A stretch of 64,000 bases of DNA, from NCBI GenBank assembly GCA_045612545.1, contig JAZKZH010000023.1, positions 11,364 through 75,363 on the forward strand, written 5' to 3'. Shown here piece by piece: positions 63,265 through 64,000 of the stretch. Every line of letters begins with the position of its first letter. The stretch's first letter is position 1. Both the position numbers and the translations under genes were made by a program. This stretch comes from Eubacteriales bacterium (lineage in GTDB: Bacteria > Bacillota > Clostridia > Oscillospirales > CAG-382). The notes under the pieces are model-generated. The model was not told where the DNA came from. It was given only the letters and a program-made list of their open reading frames with translations, and searched no databases.

Positions 63265-64000
63265 TCAAAACAGCTCGTGCTCGGGGTCGATGTGAGCGCC
63301 GTTTAGAATCATCTCAAAATGGAGATGAGGAGGGTCCGCCCTTTCGGAGATGGCGGTATTTCCCACGTAGCCGATCACCTGCCCTGTGGAAAGCTGTTGC
63401 CCCACCGCAATTCCCTGCGCCAGATCGGGGGCAAGGTTGGCGTACACCGTCACCAAGCCGTAATCGTGCTTCACCGTGACGGTGGTACCCAAGAGGGGAT
63501 CCTCCTTCACGGATTCCACCACGCCTTTGGCGTAGCAAAGCACGTCGTCCCCCGGTTCGGCGGAAATATCGATGCCGGAATGGGTGCGGTAGTCCTGCAT
63601 GGTCTGGGAGAAGACCAGCTTGTCCAGGGAGCAGCTCTTCTGTACCTCGCCGCCTTCAATGGGCAGTGCGTAGGCGGGCTCCTCCTTGATAACGGGAGAT
63701 GCGGAGGATGTCTCCTCCTCTACGCCGCTGTTTTCCCCGAAAACGGGCCTCTCCTCACTTTCCTCCTCGGGAATGGAGATCATCAGGTCGGGGCTTGAGG
63801 ACGAGGGGATGGAGATCTCTCCGAAGGAAAATTCCGGGGTGCTGTACTCCGGCAAAGAATCGGTGCTGCGGCTCAAGGCAAAAAGGCTTGCGGTGGTCAC
63901 GCCTACAATCAAAAGCGCCATGGCTAAATAGAGGTACACGGCGTAGCGGGAATAGCGACCTCCGAAAGGGGTGTCTGCTTTTTGCGTTGTTTCTTTGGGT
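63265..64000 (-). CDS. M23 family metallopeptidase (peptidoglycan endopeptidase), N-terminus beyond window
   Basis: HSGIDISAEPGDDV and PHLHFEM motifs. The frame stays open from 63939 to the window edge (..KETTQKADTPFGGRYSRYA-VYLYLAMALL), so the start is probably outside the window. Confidence 0.8.
   Translation of the reverse strand, partial: PKETTQKADTPFGGRYSRYAVYLYLAMALLIVGVTTASLFALSRSTDSLPEYSTPEFSFGEISIPSSSSPDLMISIPEEESEERPVFGENSGVEEETSSASPVIKEEPAYALPIEGGEVQKSCSLDKLVFSQTMQDYRTHSGIDISAEPGDDVLCYAKGVVESVKEDPLLGTTVTVKHDYGLVTVYANLAPDLAQGIAVGQQLSTGQVIGYVGNTAISERADPPHLHFEMILNGAHIDPEHELF

Overview
High-GC (by eye) Clostridia-type chromosomal segment. The taxon guess of an Oscillospiraceae/Ruminococcaceae-like anaerobe is an inference from gene content, many TTGACA-N17-TATAAT promoters and dockerin modules. 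Bases 1-5436 are the head-to-lysis end of a prophage: a scaffold-like fragment, major capsid, four structural genes, a holin and a small TM protein. Autonomous cargo-like units follow: a ~970-aa lipoprotein with four Big_2 domains, GLUG motifs and a 14 x 15-bp PEVSE repeat, then an unknown 2-gene operon, then a tRNA-Asp/tRNA-Gly pair. The rest is mostly core genome: ybaK, an XRE-TPR regulator, an ABM protein, a MoxR-DUF58-DUF4129-like operon, hemW-lepA, secDF, a lipid kinase, an SGNH hydrolase, rpmG-secE-nusG-rplKAJL, rpiB-tsaB-tsaE-fhs (with a probable ZTP riboswitch), asd, a GNAT, an internalin-like LRR protein, three tandem plus one distal orphan solute-binding lipoproteins, ferredoxin, a tRNA methyltransferase, fchA-folD, a RAYT transposase, a U32 peptidase, a serine hydrolase, bioY, cysE and an M23 peptidase (open at the right edge). 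The most unusual observations are these. (i) GTAG-headed REP-like hairpin doublets with compensatory stem changes, plus a RAYT gene that carries its own hairpin in frame. (ii) A 293-bp foldback (MITE-like) element with perfect 20-bp terminal inverted repeats. (iii) Perfect 50-nt direct repeats bracketing a promoter-plus-lipoprotein cassette. (iv) Two dockerin-bearing non-CAZy proteins that share a repeated Cys3-His module: a ~1827-aa BspA-type LRR giant and a transglutaminase-like protein with about 14 such modules. (v) A SecE with a ~130-aa N-terminal signal/low-complexity/TM extension. No CRISPR array, rRNA or recognisable defence system was seen. All family names come from reading motifs in the translations, not from database searches.
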